A stretch of DNA of 57,362 bases, from contig JALSOO010000030.1 in NCBI GenBank assembly GCA_026986355.1, forward strand, positions 1 through 57,362, read 5' to 3'. The notes below the pieces were generated by a model, which was not told the DNA's origin, ran no database searches, and worked only from the letters and a program-made list of their open reading frames with translations. Shown in pieces: positions 1 to 10,957 of the stretch. Within the stretch, counting starts at the first letter, position 1; the number at the start of each line of letters is the position of its first letter. The translations under genes and the position numbers were made by a program. This DNA is from Campylobacteraceae bacterium. Lineage in GTDB: Bacteria > Campylobacterota > Campylobacteria > Campylobacterales > Sulfurovaceae.

Positions 1-874
1 CCTCTTTTATACAAACAGTAGCTAATGCTGTATAAAAGGTCAATAGAATACCTGCTGAAACGACAGCTAATACTAAGTAGAAGAAATCACGTTTCCATAG
101 AAATAGTATTAAAAAAAGTGTACTCAATATAGTTAAAGAGTATTTTTTTAGCTTTTCAAAGCTATCATCTTTGGGATTTAGGTCTGTCTGTGCAGCTACT
201 GTTCCATCATGAAGTTTAATAATGAGTGTTTTTTCTACAAAAGTATCTTTTGTTGTATCAAAATAGGTAAAGGTTAATTTTTTATCTTTTGCAGGAAGTA
301 CGATATAGTAGTCTATCTCCATTTTTGAACCGATACGTTTTGCATTTTCTACACCATCTTTTAGTGCTGAAGGTATATAAATATCTTCTAAATTTGCATC
401 ATGTGCCTCTAATGAGATAGCAATAAGATTGGTATCTTTATCAAAAACAGATACTTGATGGTTCTTTATCTTTAGACCAGAGGCAATTACTCCTGAAAAG
501 TTTTTAGATTTAGGTAGTTGTTTTACAGGTATTTTTACTCCATCAAGTACTTTTTCATTTCCATTTAGTGTTACTGTTATTCGTGGTATTATAAATAGTC
601 TATCTGTAGTTTTAAAGTAGAAGGTATAAAAAGTTTTAGTTTCGTTCTTGATTATTTCAGGATTTTTTAGAATAGGGGTCTCGTCTCCTAAAAAATTAAA
701 GCTTATATGAGGATTTTGACTAGAGGAGGTTACTATAAAACTTATAGGAAAAATCTGTTTTGCATAAACCTTTTTAGGAACATATGAAAATGCTACATCA
801 TCTGCATGAAGTAGCGAAATAAGTGTTGAAAAAAATAGTACAATAGATAAAAAAAATGATTTTTTACTTTGCAT
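1..874 (-). CDS. Exported/membrane-anchored protein downstream of purQ (Cj0515-like), truncated by window edge
   Basis: Not in ORF track; read manually. ATG at 874-872 overlaps the purQ TAA (TAATG). Translation begins MQSKKSFFLSIVLFFSTLISLLHADD (signal peptide), has a TM pair near the left edge and stays open to position 1. Position matches the gene after purQ in Campylobacter. Confidence 0.75.
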   Translation of the reverse strand, partial: MQSKKSFFLSIVLFFSTLISLLHADDVAFSYVPKKVYAKQIFPISFIVTSSSQNPHISFNFLGDETPILKNPEIIKNETKTFYTFYFKTTDRLFIIPRITVTLNGNEKVLDGVKIPVKQLPKSKNFSGVIASGLKIKNHQVSVFDKDTNLIAISLEAHDANLEDIYIPSALKDGVENAKRIGSKMEIDYYIVLPAKDKKLTFTYFDTTKDTFVEKTLIIKLHDGTVAAQTDLNPKDDSFEKLKKYSLTILSTLFLILFLWKRDFFYLVLAVVSAGILLTFYTALATVCIKE

Positions 875-1548
875 TAAGCGATTAGCCCCTCAAGCATTTT
901 TATACCATCATCTGAACCCAATATCGTCTCTAATGCACGTTCTGGATGTGGCATTAGCCCAAATACATTTTTGTTTTTATTGCAAATACCTGCAATAGAG
1001 TTAACTGAACCATTTACAATAACTGTTTCTGCTTTTTCATTAGAGTATTGTAGTAAAATCTGTTGATTTGCTTCAAGTTCATTATATCCCTCTTCATCAA
1101 TATAGTAGTTGCCATCAGCATGAGCGATAGGTATATTAAGAAGTTCATCTTTTTCACATTTTTGTAAAAAACTGTTTGAGTTATTTACTACTTTTAGTGT
1201 TTGAAATTTTGAGATAAAATGAAGACCGATATTTCTTTTTAATGCTCCAGGTAGAAGACCAACTTCTGTTAAGATTTGAAAACCATTGCAGATACCCAAT
1301 ACTTCTCCTCCCTTATCTGCAAATGTAAGAACATCTTTCATAATAGGAGAGAATTTAGCAATTGCACCAGAACGTAAGTAATCTCCATATGAGAATCCAC
1401 CTGCTATTACTAGCAAGTCAGTCTCTTGTGGTAGTTTCTCCTCTTTGTGCCATACAATGGTTGTGCTACAACCAAGTTTTTCAAACGCATATTTGGTATC
1501 TAAATCACAGTTTGTTCCTGGAAATTGTAATATTGCTACATGTTTCAT
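874..1548 (-). CDS. purQ: Phosphoribosylformylglycinamidine synthase glutaminase subunit
   Basis: FPGTNCD, GGFSYGDYLRSG, GICNGFQIL and MPHPER motifs. Confidence 0.98.
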   Translation of the reverse strand: MKHVAILQFPGTNCDLDTKYAFEKLGCSTTIVWHKEEKLPQETDLLVIAGGFSYGDYLRSGAIAKFSPIMKDVLTFADKGGEVLGICNGFQILTEVGLLPGALKRNIGLHFISKFQTLKVVNNSNSFLQKCEKDELLNIPIAHADGNYYIDEEGYNELEANQQILLQYSNEKAETVIVNGSVNSIAGICNKNKNVFGLMPHPERALETILGSDDGIKMLEGLIA

Positions 1549-1787
1549 TATAGTAACTCAATTTTATAATCTTCTATTACGGTATTGGCTAAAATCTCTT
1601 CAGCCATCTGTGTAACCTCTTTTATCGCCTCATCTCTATTGGTAGAAGTTAATTTCAGAACAATCTGTTTACCCATTCTAACATCTTGGACACCTTCAAA
1701 ATTCATGGCATCTAGTGCATGATGAATCGCTTTTCCTTGAGGGTCAAGAACGCCCTCTTTTAAAAATATATTTACAATTGCAGTCAT
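1548..1787 (-). CDS. purS: FGAM synthase PurS subunit
   Basis: LKEGVLDPQG and ILANTVIEDY motifs; lies between purC and purQ. Confidence 0.97.
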   Translation of the reverse strand: MTAIVNIFLKEGVLDPQGKAIHHALDAMNFEGVQDVRMGKQIVLKLTSTNRDEAIKEVTQMAEEILANTVIEDYKIELL

Positions 1788-2506
1788 TATTTCACTTCTC
1801 CTAAAATTCTATTTAGTACCTCTTGGTAGGCCACTTTTAGTCCACCAAGACCTTTTCTAAATCTATCTTTATCCATGCTTTCGCCTGTATTGCTATCCCA
1901 AAATCTAAAGTTATCAGGGCTAAGCTCATCAATCAAAATAATATTTCCATCACTATCTCGACCAAACTCCAATTTAAAGTCAATAAGATTCATCTCTTTA
2001 TCTGCAAAGAAATCTTTTAGAATTGTATTTATTCGTCTTGCCATAAAACGAATATAGTCTAACTCATCTATACTCTCTACTAGTTCCAATATAAGACAGT
2101 GTTGGTCATTGAGTTTTGGGTCTCCAAGTTCATCATTTTTATAATCAAACTCTACCAAGGTAAAGGGTAAAACTTTTCCATCTTCAATACCTAAATTACG
2201 GCTAAGAGAACCTGTAGCTATGTTTCTAACAATTACTTCAATACGAATAACATCACACTTTTTATGCAACATATTATTGTCATCTAACATCTCCACAAAG
2301 TGTGTTGGAATACCTTTGCTATTTAATAGCTTAAATAGTTGAGTAGAAATTTTATTATTTAATGCCCCTTTTCCCTCTTCACTAGATTTCTTCTCTCCAT
2401 TAAAAGCAGTTAAATCATCTTTGAATTCTGAAATAAGAAGATTTTCATCTTCTGTATGCCATATCTTTTTTGCTTTTCCTTCATATAGAAGTTCAGTTTT
2501 TCCCAT
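1787..2506 (-). CDS. purC: SAICAR synthetase
   Basis: LYEGKAK, DFKLEFG, DELSPD and DKDRFR motifs. Confidence 0.98.
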   Translation of the reverse strand: MGKTELLYEGKAKKIWHTEDENLLISEFKDDLTAFNGEKKSSEEGKGALNNKISTQLFKLLNSKGIPTHFVEMLDDNNMLHKKCDVIRIEVIVRNIATGSLSRNLGIEDGKVLPFTLVEFDYKNDELGDPKLNDQHCLILELVESIDELDYIRFMARRINTILKDFFADKEMNLIDFKLEFGRDSDGNIILIDELSPDNFRFWDSNTGESMDKDRFRKGLGGLKVAYQEVLNRILGEVK

Positions 2507-2519
2507 TTTTAGTATATCC

Positions 2520-3863
2520 TTATATCTGGTTTGTAATCATTAGTGCTTTTAAAATATCGACACCACTTTTTAGTTGGGCATCTTTATATAAATCATCTTC
2601 TGTAATAATTTTTTTATCTTTTTTATCTTTTTTACTATCTTTATGTACACCATCTACCTTTTCAAGCTCACTCTCTAGGTGTTTTTGTAAATCTTTCTCT
2701 TTTATAGAGATACCCTCTTCAGCTTTTTTAATCTCTCCATAAGAGACCTCAACATCAGGAGTAACTCCCACGGCTTGAATGGTTCTACCACTTGGTAGAT
2801 AGTATCGAGCAATAGTTAAACGTAAGGCTTCATCTTGGTTTATTGGCATGACTACTTGTACCGAACCTTTACCAAAAGTCTTTTTACCTACAATTACAGC
2901 ACGTTTATGGTCTTGTAGTGAACCTGATACAATCTCACTAGCAGAGGCAGAACCACCATTGACTAAAACTACAAGAGGTGTTTTGGTATCTGTATCTTCA
3001 CTTGTTGCATTATAGACAAGATTCTCTTCAGGAATTTTACCTTTTTGACTAACAATCGCTCCTTTTTTGACAAACATATCTACAACACCAATAGCTTGAT
3101 TTAGAAGTCCACCTGGGTTGTTTCGTAGGTCAATAATAATACCTTTTATACCCTTATGTTTTTTGATAGCTTTTCTCATACCATCTACAACTTTTTGGTC
3201 AAAAGAGGTAATTCGTAGATAGAGAATATCATCTCCAATAGTTTTGGAATAGACGGATTGAATCTCAATTATATCGCGAATTATTTTTATCTTTAATGGT
3301 TTACTTTCCCCTTTTCTTACAATGGTTAATACTATAGGGGTATTGGGTTTGCCACGCATAATAGATACAGCTTTATCTATAGTCATACCGATTGTTGCTT
3401 GATTATCAATTTTTAGAATAATGTCTCCAGCTTTTACTCCTGCTCTATCAGCAGGAGTTCCTTCAAGTGGAGCAATTACGGTTAATGCTCCATCTTTCAT
3501 ACCAACTGTAATCCCTAGTCCACCAAACTCTCCATGAGTTTGAACTTGTAACTCTTTTGTCTCTTTTTTATCCATAAAAGAAGAGTGAGCATCAAGATTA
3601 GAGAGCATTCCTTTGAGTGCATTATTTATTATATCACTGGTATTAATATCATCAACGTACTGTTCTTCTATTATTTGTACAATTTTTGTAAATTTTAGAT
3701 AAGCTTCTAATCTTGAAGTGTTTACAGACGATTCTTTTAACTCATTACTATCGGCATTTGCAGAGGTCGCAAAGATAAAAGAGGCAGTTACTGTAGATAG
3801 GAAGCCAAAGAGTATTGCTTTTTTATTTTTAATTATCATGTTAGTTGTTATTAATCCAATCAT
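2520..3863 (-). CDS. ctpA: S41 carboxyl-terminal processing protease (PDZ domain); start may be the downstream ATG (MIIKNKK)
   Basis: [23 protein letters not shown] and TFGKGSVQ motifs; signal peptide. Confidence 0.93.
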   Translation of the reverse strand: MIGLITTNMIIKNKKAILFGFLSTVTASFIFATSANADSNELKESSVNTSRLEAYLKFTKIVQIIEEQYVDDINTSDIINNALKGMLSNLDAHSSFMDKKETKELQVQTHGEFGGLGITVGMKDGALTVIAPLEGTPADRAGVKAGDIILKIDNQATIGMTIDKAVSIMRGKPNTPIVLTIVRKGESKPLKIKIIRDIIEIQSVYSKTIGDDILYLRITSFDQKVVDGMRKAIKKHKGIKGIIIDLRNNPGGLLNQAIGVVDMFVKKGAIVSQKGKIPEENLVYNATSEDTDTKTPLVVLVNGGSASASEIVSGSLQDHKRAVIVGKKTFGKGSVQVVMPINQDEALRLTIARYYLPSGRTIQAVGVTPDVEVSYGEIKKAEEGISIKEKDLQKHLESELEKVDGVHKDSKKDKKDKKIITEDDLYKDAQLKSGVDILKALMITNQI

Positions 3864-3970
3864 TTTTATAGGAGCTACATTTTATCTAAAATTGATAAAA
3901 ATTTGATTATATTTATTATAAATAGATATAGTTTGCAACTAAAGTAGCATCTCTTTATATGAAAATTAAC

Positions 3971-4018
3971 TATAATACAAGAAATAAATTTATTATATAT
4001 AGAGATAAAAATTAGGAG
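3971..4018 (+). promoter_or_regulatory. Putative sigma70 -10 box and RBS of clpB
   Basis: TATAAT at 3971-3976; AGGAG at 4014-4018, 6 nt before the ATG. Confidence 0.55.
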
Positions 4019-4024
4019 ATAGAT

Positions 4025-6598
4025 ATGAGTATTTTAGAAAAGTTAACACATCAAATGAGTTCGTCAATAGAGTCGGGTCTCTCTTTGGCACTGCACAATA
4101 AAAATCAAGAGGTAGACCCACTTCATGTTCTTTGGGGATTGTTGACCAATACCAATTCACTTCTACATCAAGCATTTAATAAAATGGGTGTAGATAAATC
4201 AGCTATTGAGTTGGAGGTAAAGAGTCTTGTAAATAAACTCCCAACAGTATCATCAGTTACAAAAGAGACGATTCGTCTCTCACAAAAGCTTGTTGGCTCA
4301 CTGCAAGAGGCAGAGGGTGTAATGACTGCTAATGGAGATGAGTATCTATCAGTAGATACTTGGATTATTGCTAATATCTCTTCAGACTTTATTAAAAATA
4401 GTTTAGGCAATTATGTAGATTTATCCGAACTTCAAAAGACATTGGAGTCGATTCGTGGTGGAAAAACCATAGATTCTCAAAGTGGAGATGAATCCTTAGA
4501 TGCATTAGAGAAGTATGGTATAGATTTAAATCAAAAAGCATTAGATGGAGAGTTAGATCCTGTTATAGGACGTGATGAAGAGGTGCAAAGAATGATGCAG
4601 ATTCTTATCCGTAAAACTAAAAATAATCCAATTCTTATTGGAGAACCTGGTACAGGTAAGACTGCTATAGTAGAGGGATTAGCTCAGAGAATTGTCAACA
4701 AAGAGGTGCCATTAAGTCTACAAAAAATGCGTGTAATATCATTGGATATGACCAGATTAATTGCAGGTGCAAAATATAGAGGAGAGTTTGAAGAGAGATT
4801 AAAAGCTGTTGTTGATGAGGTACAAGGTAAGACAAATATTATCCTTTTTATTGATGAGATTCATACCATTATAGGAGCAGGTGCAAGTGAAGGTAGTATG
4901 GACGCTGCAAATATACTAAAACCAGCTCTTGCACGTGGAGAGTTACATACTATTGGAGCAACAACACTCAAAGAGTATCGAAAATATTTTGAAAAAGATA
5001 CAGCTCTTCAGAGACGTTTCCAACCTGTAAAGGTTGATGAACCATCAATAAATGAAGCTTTACAGATTTTACGAGGAATCAAAGAGCGTTTGGAGTCACA
5101 CCATAATGTAACAATTATGGACTCTGCATTAGTTTCAGCAGCGAAGCTTAGTGATAGATATATCACTGATAGATTTTTACCTGATAAAGCTATAGATTTG
5201 ATTGATGAAGCAGCAGCAGAACTAAAAATGGAGATAGAGAGTGAACCGACTGAACTTGCTAGAGTAAAGAGAGCCTTATCAACACTTCTTGTGGAAAAAG
5301 AGGCACTCAAAATGGAAGAGGGAGATAAAAACGCTTCACGATTAGCTGAAATTGGAAAAGAGTTAGCCGATTTAGAAGAGAAAAAGATATCTCTACAGAG
5401 TCAATTTGAGACAGAAAAAGAGGTTTTTAATCAGATTGCTACACTTAAGAGTGATATAGAATCGTTGCGAACCAAAGCTAGTATGTATCAAAGAGAGGGA
5501 GATTTCTCTAAAGTTGCAGAGATTACTCATGGAGCTATTCCTGAAAAAGAGAGAGAGGTAGTAGCTCTTGAAAATAGATGGAAAGAGATGATGAGAGAGG
5601 GTACTCTACTCAAAAACTCTGTTGATGAGGAGATGATAGCTACTATTGTAAGCCGTTGGACAGGTATCCCTGTAAACAAGATGTTGCAGAGTGATAAAGA
5701 TAAGATTCTAAATGTAGAGAAGATATTAAATCAAGAGGTTGTAGGGCAAAACGAAGCACTTCATGCAGTAGCTAGAGCAATTAAGCGTAACAAAGCAGGT
5801 CTTAGTGATACCAATCGTCCTATTGGTAGCTTTATGTTCCTTGGACCTACTGGTGTAGGTAAGACACAAGTAGCAAAAACATTAGCAAAGTTCTTATTTG
5901 ATAGCGAAAAAGCTCTGATTCGTATAGATATGAGTGAATATATGGAGAAACATGCAGCATCACGTCTAGTTGGAGCACCTCCAGGTTATGTAGGATATGA
6001 TGAGGGTGGACAACTTACAGAAGCAGTAAGAAGAAAACCATATTCGGTTGTACTCTTTGATGAGATAGAAAAAGCACACCCTGATGTCTTTAACACTCTA
6101 TTGCAAGTTCTTGATGATGGTCGTCTAACCGATAATAAAGGGGTCACAATAGATTTTAAAAATACGATTATTATTATGACCTCAAATATCGCTTCAGATA
6201 AGATTATGCAATTTAGTGATAAAAAAGAGAGAGAAAAAGCAGTTAATAATGAATTGAAACGACACTTTAAACCAGAATTTCTAAACCGTTTAGATGATGT
6301 TGTAATCTTTAATCCATTAGATTTAGAGGCGATTACTTCTATCGTTGATATACTCTTTAGCTCTATTCAGAAAAAACTAGCAGATAGAGATATTGATATT
6401 GAGTTAACACCTAAAGCTAAAGCCTATATTGCAGAGGTAGGATTTGACCCAGATTATGGAGCAAGACCACTAAAACGAGCCTTGTATGAAGAGGTAGAAG
6501 ATAGATTGGCTGAACTTATATTAGAGGATAAAGTAGTCGAGGGTTCTCATCTACTATTTGATGAGGTTAATGGAGAGATAGTTGTTAACATTAAATAG
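4025..6598 (+). CDS. clpB: ATP-dependent chaperone ClpB
   Basis: Two AAA modules ([16 protein letters not shown]), coiled-coil middle domain, GAPPGYVGY and GARPLKR; 857 aa. Confidence 0.97.
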   Translation: MSILEKLTHQMSSSIESGLSLALHNKNQEVDPLHVLWGLLTNTNSLLHQAFNKMGVDKSAIELEVKSLVNKLPTVSSVTKETIRLSQKLVGSLQEAEGVMTANGDEYLSVDTWIIANISSDFIKNSLGNYVDLSELQKTLESIRGGKTIDSQSGDESLDALEKYGIDLNQKALDGELDPVIGRDEEVQRMMQILIRKTKNNPILIGEPGTGKTAIVEGLAQRIVNKEVPLSLQKMRVISLDMTRLIAGAKYRGEFEERLKAVVDEVQGKTNIILFIDEIHTIIGAGASEGSMDAANILKPALARGELHTIGATTLKEYRKYFEKDTALQRRFQPVKVDEPSINEALQILRGIKERLESHHNVTIMDSALVSAAKLSDRYITDRFLPDKAIDLIDEAAAELKMEIESEPTELARVKRALSTLLVEKEALKMEEGDKNASRLAEIGKELADLEEKKISLQSQFETEKEVFNQIATLKSDIESLRTKASMYQREGDFSKVAEITHGAIPEKEREVVALENRWKEMMREGTLLKNSVDEEMIATIVSRWTGIPVNKMLQSDKDKILNVEKILNQEVVGQNEALHAVARAIKRNKAGLSDTNRPIGSFMFLGPTGVGKTQVAKTLAKFLFDSEKALIRIDMSEYMEKHAASRLVGAPPGYVGYDEGGQLTEAVRRKPYSVVLFDEIEKAHPDVFNTLLQVLDDGRLTDNKGVTIDFKNTIIIMTSNIASDKIMQFSDKKEREKAVNNELKRHFKPEFLNRLDDVVIFNPLDLEAITSIVDILFSSIQKKLADRDIDIELTPKAKAYIAEVGFDPDYGARPLKRALYEEVEDRLAELILEDKVVEGSHLLFDEVNGEIVVNIK

Positions 6599-7984
6599 AT
6601 GAAAATTCCTATTATTTTAGGGATATTATTTGTACTAATAGTATCCCCTTATTTTTTTAACGATAAAAGCTCTTCAACTCTTTATGTATCAGGAGATGGA
6701 ACAGGAGATTATAATTGTGATGGTTCAAAAGACCAGATAGAGATTAATATGGCATTAGAGCGTGTTGCTTTAGATAAGGAGTATAATATAGTACATCTTA
6801 AAGGTCCACATACTTATCTGGTAGACTCCTCAATCTTGATGAGTTCAGATACTATACTAGAAGGAGAACAAGGTGTAGTTATCAAACTTATAGATAATGC
6901 ACATTGGTCAAAGTTTAATTCTATTATTCGTCAAAAAGATTTTTCTTTGACTCAAGATTATATTGATGGAAAAAGATATAAAAATATTACTATACGCAAT
7001 TTTGAGATTAATGGTAATGCTAATAATCAGAAAGAACCAGCAGGTCAATCTTATTACTCTTTAATATTTTTTCAAAATACAACTCATATAAAAATATACA
7101 ATATGTATCTACATAATAATTTAAATGATGCCATTACTATTACAAGTGCAGGAGTGCAACCTATATATACGCATATTTATAATAACCGTATTAGTAGTGT
7201 AGGGCATGATGGTATATATATATTATGGTCAACTAATTTTGATATATATAATAATATTATTACAGGGCATAGAACAGATGCAGGTATACGAGTAGAGAAT
7301 GGTAGTGATTTTAAAATTTATAATAATACTATTGGAAATAATCCTGATAATGTATACTCTGGCTCTTCTGCAATTCAGATAGAATCAAAAGGAGATTTAT
7401 CTCTTCATAATGTTAGTATAACTGATAACTATCTATTTGGAGGTAGTTATTATCATGGTATTTGGTTAAATAGAACAACAAATAGTGGAGATTTAGAGTC
7501 TCATAGTGGTGTATCTATTACTAATAATATAATCTCTTCTTATCGCGGTTCAGGAGTTTATATTAATGGTTTTAATGATACTAATATCTCTAATAATATT
7601 ATTGAAGGAGATAAATCAAATTCTGATGCTATTGGAGCAGGAGTAACATTTACTACATATCCAAAAAGCAATATTAAAGGATTCAAAACCATAGTACGTG
7701 GTAATATCATTATCAATAATCCAAAATATGGGCTAGAGAATCTTGCACCAAATAACCATATATTTATATCAAATTATAACTATATCTATGGAAATAAGAG
7801 AGGAAATTACTTTAATACAGCATCAATAACGGATAGATATAAAGAGACAAATTTAAGTAGAGTTTTAAAAGACAAAGTCTATCCCATACTGCATAAAATA
7901 TGGAGAGAGGCAGAATCTAATAATAGTATTTATAATGGAGATATGGGTACAAAAAAAGCAAGAGAGTTGTATCATTTGCCATAA
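6599..7984 (+). CDS. Exported right-handed parallel beta-helix (pectin-lyase-like) protein, disaggregatase-related; candidate glycanase
   Basis: N-terminal hydrophobic anchor/signal, many IxNNxI repeats, and a YVSGDGTGDYNCDG...EIN.AL...VHLKGPHTY N-terminal block. Confidence 0.75.
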   Translation: MKIPIILGILFVLIVSPYFFNDKSSSTLYVSGDGTGDYNCDGSKDQIEINMALERVALDKEYNIVHLKGPHTYLVDSSILMSSDTILEGEQGVVIKLIDNAHWSKFNSIIRQKDFSLTQDYIDGKRYKNITIRNFEINGNANNQKEPAGQSYYSLIFFQNTTHIKIYNMYLHNNLNDAITITSAGVQPIYTHIYNNRISSVGHDGIYILWSTNFDIYNNIITGHRTDAGIRVENGSDFKIYNNTIGNNPDNVYSGSSAIQIESKGDLSLHNVSITDNYLFGGSYYHGIWLNRTTNSGDLESHSGVSITNNIISSYRGSGVYINGFNDTNISNNIIEGDKSNSDAIGAGVTFTTYPKSNIKGFKTIVRGNIIINNPKYGLENLAPNNHIFISNYNYIYGNKRGNYFNTASITDRYKETNLSRVLKDKVYPILHKIWREAESNNSIYNGDMGTKKARELYHLP

Positions 7985-10128
7985 TTGTATCCATATCCTA
8001 ATCTTCCATATCTACTGTTTTTATCTATTTTCATATCATTTATAATAATAGCTATTGATTCTATACATCTATCTTCTTTTATTCGTTGAATATCAGCTAT
8101 ATAATCTTTTTGTGATAATTTTGCTCTGACAACTAATAGAACAATATCACTATATTTAAGAATAGAAGTTGTATCGGTTACACTACCAATTGGAGCAGTG
8201 TCAAATATTATATAATCATATCGTTTTTCCAAAGATTTTATTAGATTATCTAGTTTATTACTTAATAATAGTTCTGAGCCATTTTCTAGTAGTGTACCAG
8301 CGGGAATAAAATCTAGGTTTTTATCTATTGGAATAACTATCTCTTTATAATCTTCACTTATAAAATTACTAATTCCTTTATCTTTAGTAGTAATATTTAA
8401 CTCTTTGTGTAGTCTTGGCTTTCGTAAGTCTAAATCTATAAGGAGGACTTTTCTATTAGATTTTTGAATAATCTTTCCTAGTTGAGCAGTAATTGTAGTT
8501 TTCCCCTCTTTTTCAATTATTGATGAGATTAATATTTTTATACAGTGATTTTTTTCTAAACGTTTAAATTCTAAATTAGTTCTAATTGTTCTTAGCCCTT
8601 CTATAAATATATAAGAGTCACTTTTTTTAGATAAAATTCCATAAATAGGTATTTTCGTTAATTTCTCTATATCATAAGGATCTAAAATTTTTTTACTTAA
8701 TAACTCTTTTATTATCACCATAATAATCCCAAATAGTATACCTACAATAACACTAATCATGAGTATCTTTTTTATATTTGGTTCGATATAGCTCTCTGGA
8801 AGCGTTGCATTTTCAATAATTTTATTATTTGGAATAATTGAAGCTTTTTTAATCTCTGTCTCTATTTTTTTTTGAAGTAAAAAGGTATATACCTTTTCAT
8901 TTAAGCTAAATCTTCTCTCTAAATCTTTATTTACAATTTTTTTGGAGGGAATAGATTTTAAAAGTATTTTTTTCTCTATTATCTCCTTATTTAGTAGATT
9001 TGATTTTCTTTCTAAACTTTTTTTGATTACTTCTAAGTTATTAATTATTTTTGATTTTAGAACATATTTATCTTTTTTTAGATTTTTTAATTTAGAATCT
9101 ATATAGGAGTAGATTCTATCTTGAATATTACTTATCTCTCTATTGAGAGATATGACTTCAGGATGTTTTGGGGTTAGTGTCTCTAAAAGTTTGTCTATTT
9201 CAAACTCTTTATTTTTCAAGCTATTAATAAATTGATTTAATTTGTTATCAGATATGGTAGAATTACTAATATCTTTTTTTTGAAACTCCAGTTCTCTTAT
9301 CTTCTTATCATCTTTTCTATAATTACTAATGATAGAGTTAATTGAAGATATATCAATATCACTATCGTTCAATAGTGTTGTTGTTAGACTTCCATATTTT
9401 AAGTTATCTATAACGGCTCTAATTGCTTTTAATTTTAAATATACTCTTTTATATTTCTCTTTTTTATTATTTATTTGAGTTAATAGTGATGAAGAGGAAG
9501 CTATTGCAATAGAAGTACTATTTTTTTGTTGATATTCTTTTAGTTTATTACTTTTTTTTTGTAGATTTCTTCTTACATCATTAATTTGTTGATTTAGAAA
9601 AATAATAGTATGTTCTACCTCCTCTTTTCTATGCTTCAGATTATAGGAGATATAGCTCTCTGCAATCTCTTGGACTATATTTTTGGCTCTATTAGCAATA
9701 GTATCTCTATATGTAAGAACAAGAACGTTATTAGCACGGCTAACTTCCATATTTGAGATAATGATATTCTCTTTTGTATTGTTGTCTTCATTAGTAAATA
9801 AATTGTTTTTTTTATCTATTTTATCAATAATTGTTCCTATGAATTTTTTAGAAGTAATCTTTAATTTAACCAGCTCTAATTTATCATTAAGTGTAATATC
9901 TTCACTCCTCTTTTGGGGAGAGATTAGCTCATCTAATATTTTTGAATTATCATTATCCTCTTTTATAGAGAGCGTTATACTAGAGGAGTATATAGGTGTT
10001 GTTGTGTATATTTTTAATATACCTAATAGTATAAAAAGTATTAAAATTGAAATGAAAAGAGAAAAATTCTTTCTTATAATTTTAAATACTTTAGTTAAGT
10101 TAATATCATCTTCATCTACAGGTTTCAT
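7972..10128 (-). CDS. wzc: Polysaccharide co-polymerase/tyrosine autokinase (Wzc/PCP-2a)
   Basis: Two TM segments flanking coiled coils, Walker A EKEGKTT, IDLDLRKP, IIFDTAP and a Tyr-rich tail YGRLGYGYNYGK. Confidence 0.9.
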   Translation of the reverse strand: MKPVDEDDINLTKVFKIIRKNFSLFISILILFILLGILKIYTTTPIYSSSITLSIKEDNDNSKILDELISPQKRSEDITLNDKLELVKLKITSKKFIGTIIDKIDKKNNLFTNEDNNTKENIIISNMEVSRANNVLVLTYRDTIANRAKNIVQEIAESYISYNLKHRKEEVEHTIIFLNQQINDVRRNLQKKSNKLKEYQQKNSTSIAIASSSSLLTQINNKKEKYKRVYLKLKAIRAVIDNLKYGSLTTTLLNDSDIDISSINSIISNYRKDDKKIRELEFQKKDISNSTISDNKLNQFINSLKNKEFEIDKLLETLTPKHPEVISLNREISNIQDRIYSYIDSKLKNLKKDKYVLKSKIINNLEVIKKSLERKSNLLNKEIIEKKILLKSIPSKKIVNKDLERRFSLNEKVYTFLLQKKIETEIKKASIIPNNKIIENATLPESYIEPNIKKILMISVIVGILFGIIMVIIKELLSKKILDPYDIEKLTKIPIYGILSKKSDSYIFIEGLRTIRTNLEFKRLEKNHCIKILISSIIEKEGKTTITAQLGKIIQKSNRKVLLIDLDLRKPRLHKELNITTKDKGISNFISEDYKEIVIPIDKNLDFIPAGTLLENGSELLLSNKLDNLIKSLEKRYDYIIFDTAPIGSVTDTTSILKYSDIVLLVVRAKLSQKDYIADIQRIKEDRCIESIAIIINDMKIDKNSRYGRLGYGYNYGK

Positions 10129-10192
10129 AAGTATTCTTTTTTTATTTTATTTTAACATATTAAAATAAAATTTTATACTATAAAACATGTTA

Positions 10193-10957
10193 TTATCTAT
10201 TTAACACTATTTTTTTTATAAAATTTTTACTTTTTCTTAGAATTAATATTTTATACCACTCTATAGTGCTTTTTGCCCAGTGTTCAGGGTGAATATTTAA
10301 CATGAGTTCTTTTGGTAAATTACCTTTTTTAATCATATCTATCAAGTCATTTGTACTTTTTATATTAAAATTAAATATTGTATCAACTTTATCTCTTAAA
10401 TTTATACGTTCATCTCCCCATGCTCTTCCTGCATCTGTAGCGTAGAATACTCTATTGAAATCTATATCAAAGTAGGGCTCACTTACTATCTCATACTGTT
10501 TATAATCATACTGTTTCCACAAATCTCTACTGTCCCATTTGGAGGTTGGTCTTCCATGCATAGCTATATGTCTAATAGGATAGATTTCTCTTAACCTATT
10601 TAGGTTAAATTCAAAATCGTCTATAGCCTCTTGATAATCTCCACTCTTTTGGGCTAGAGACTCATAGTGGTAACCTATCTCGTGTCCCAAACTTGCTATC
10701 TCTTTTATAATATTGGGTTTAAATGTTTGATATATAGTTCTAAAGTAGTAGGTAGATTTTATGCCCATATTATTCTCTATTTGTGCCATCTCTAAAGAGT
10801 TATTTGGTCTTCTATCTACATCATGACGCATTATAATAAAAGGTCTATTTTTATTATAATTGTCACTAAAATACTCCTCTACTGTAATAAATATATAACC
10901 ATTGTTTATAAATGTATTGAGTAACTCTTTATATATAGTATGTGTAAAATCTCTCAT
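10193..10957 (-). CDS. Polysaccharide deacetylase-like (NodB-fold) hypothetical protein
   Basis: RHDVD, GHEIGYHYE, MHG and NIHPEHW metal-binding-type motifs; EPS context. Confidence 0.65.
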   Translation of the reverse strand: MRDFTHTIYKELLNTFINNGYIFITVEEYFSDNYNKNRPFIIMRHDVDRRPNNSLEMAQIENNMGIKSTYYFRTIYQTFKPNIIKEIASLGHEIGYHYESLAQKSGDYQEAIDDFEFNLNRLREIYPIRHIAMHGRPTSKWDSRDLWKQYDYKQYEIVSEPYFDIDFNRVFYATDAGRAWGDERINLRDKVDTIFNFNIKSTNDLIDMIKKGNLPKELMLNIHPEHWAKSTIEWYKILILRKSKNFIKKIVLNR

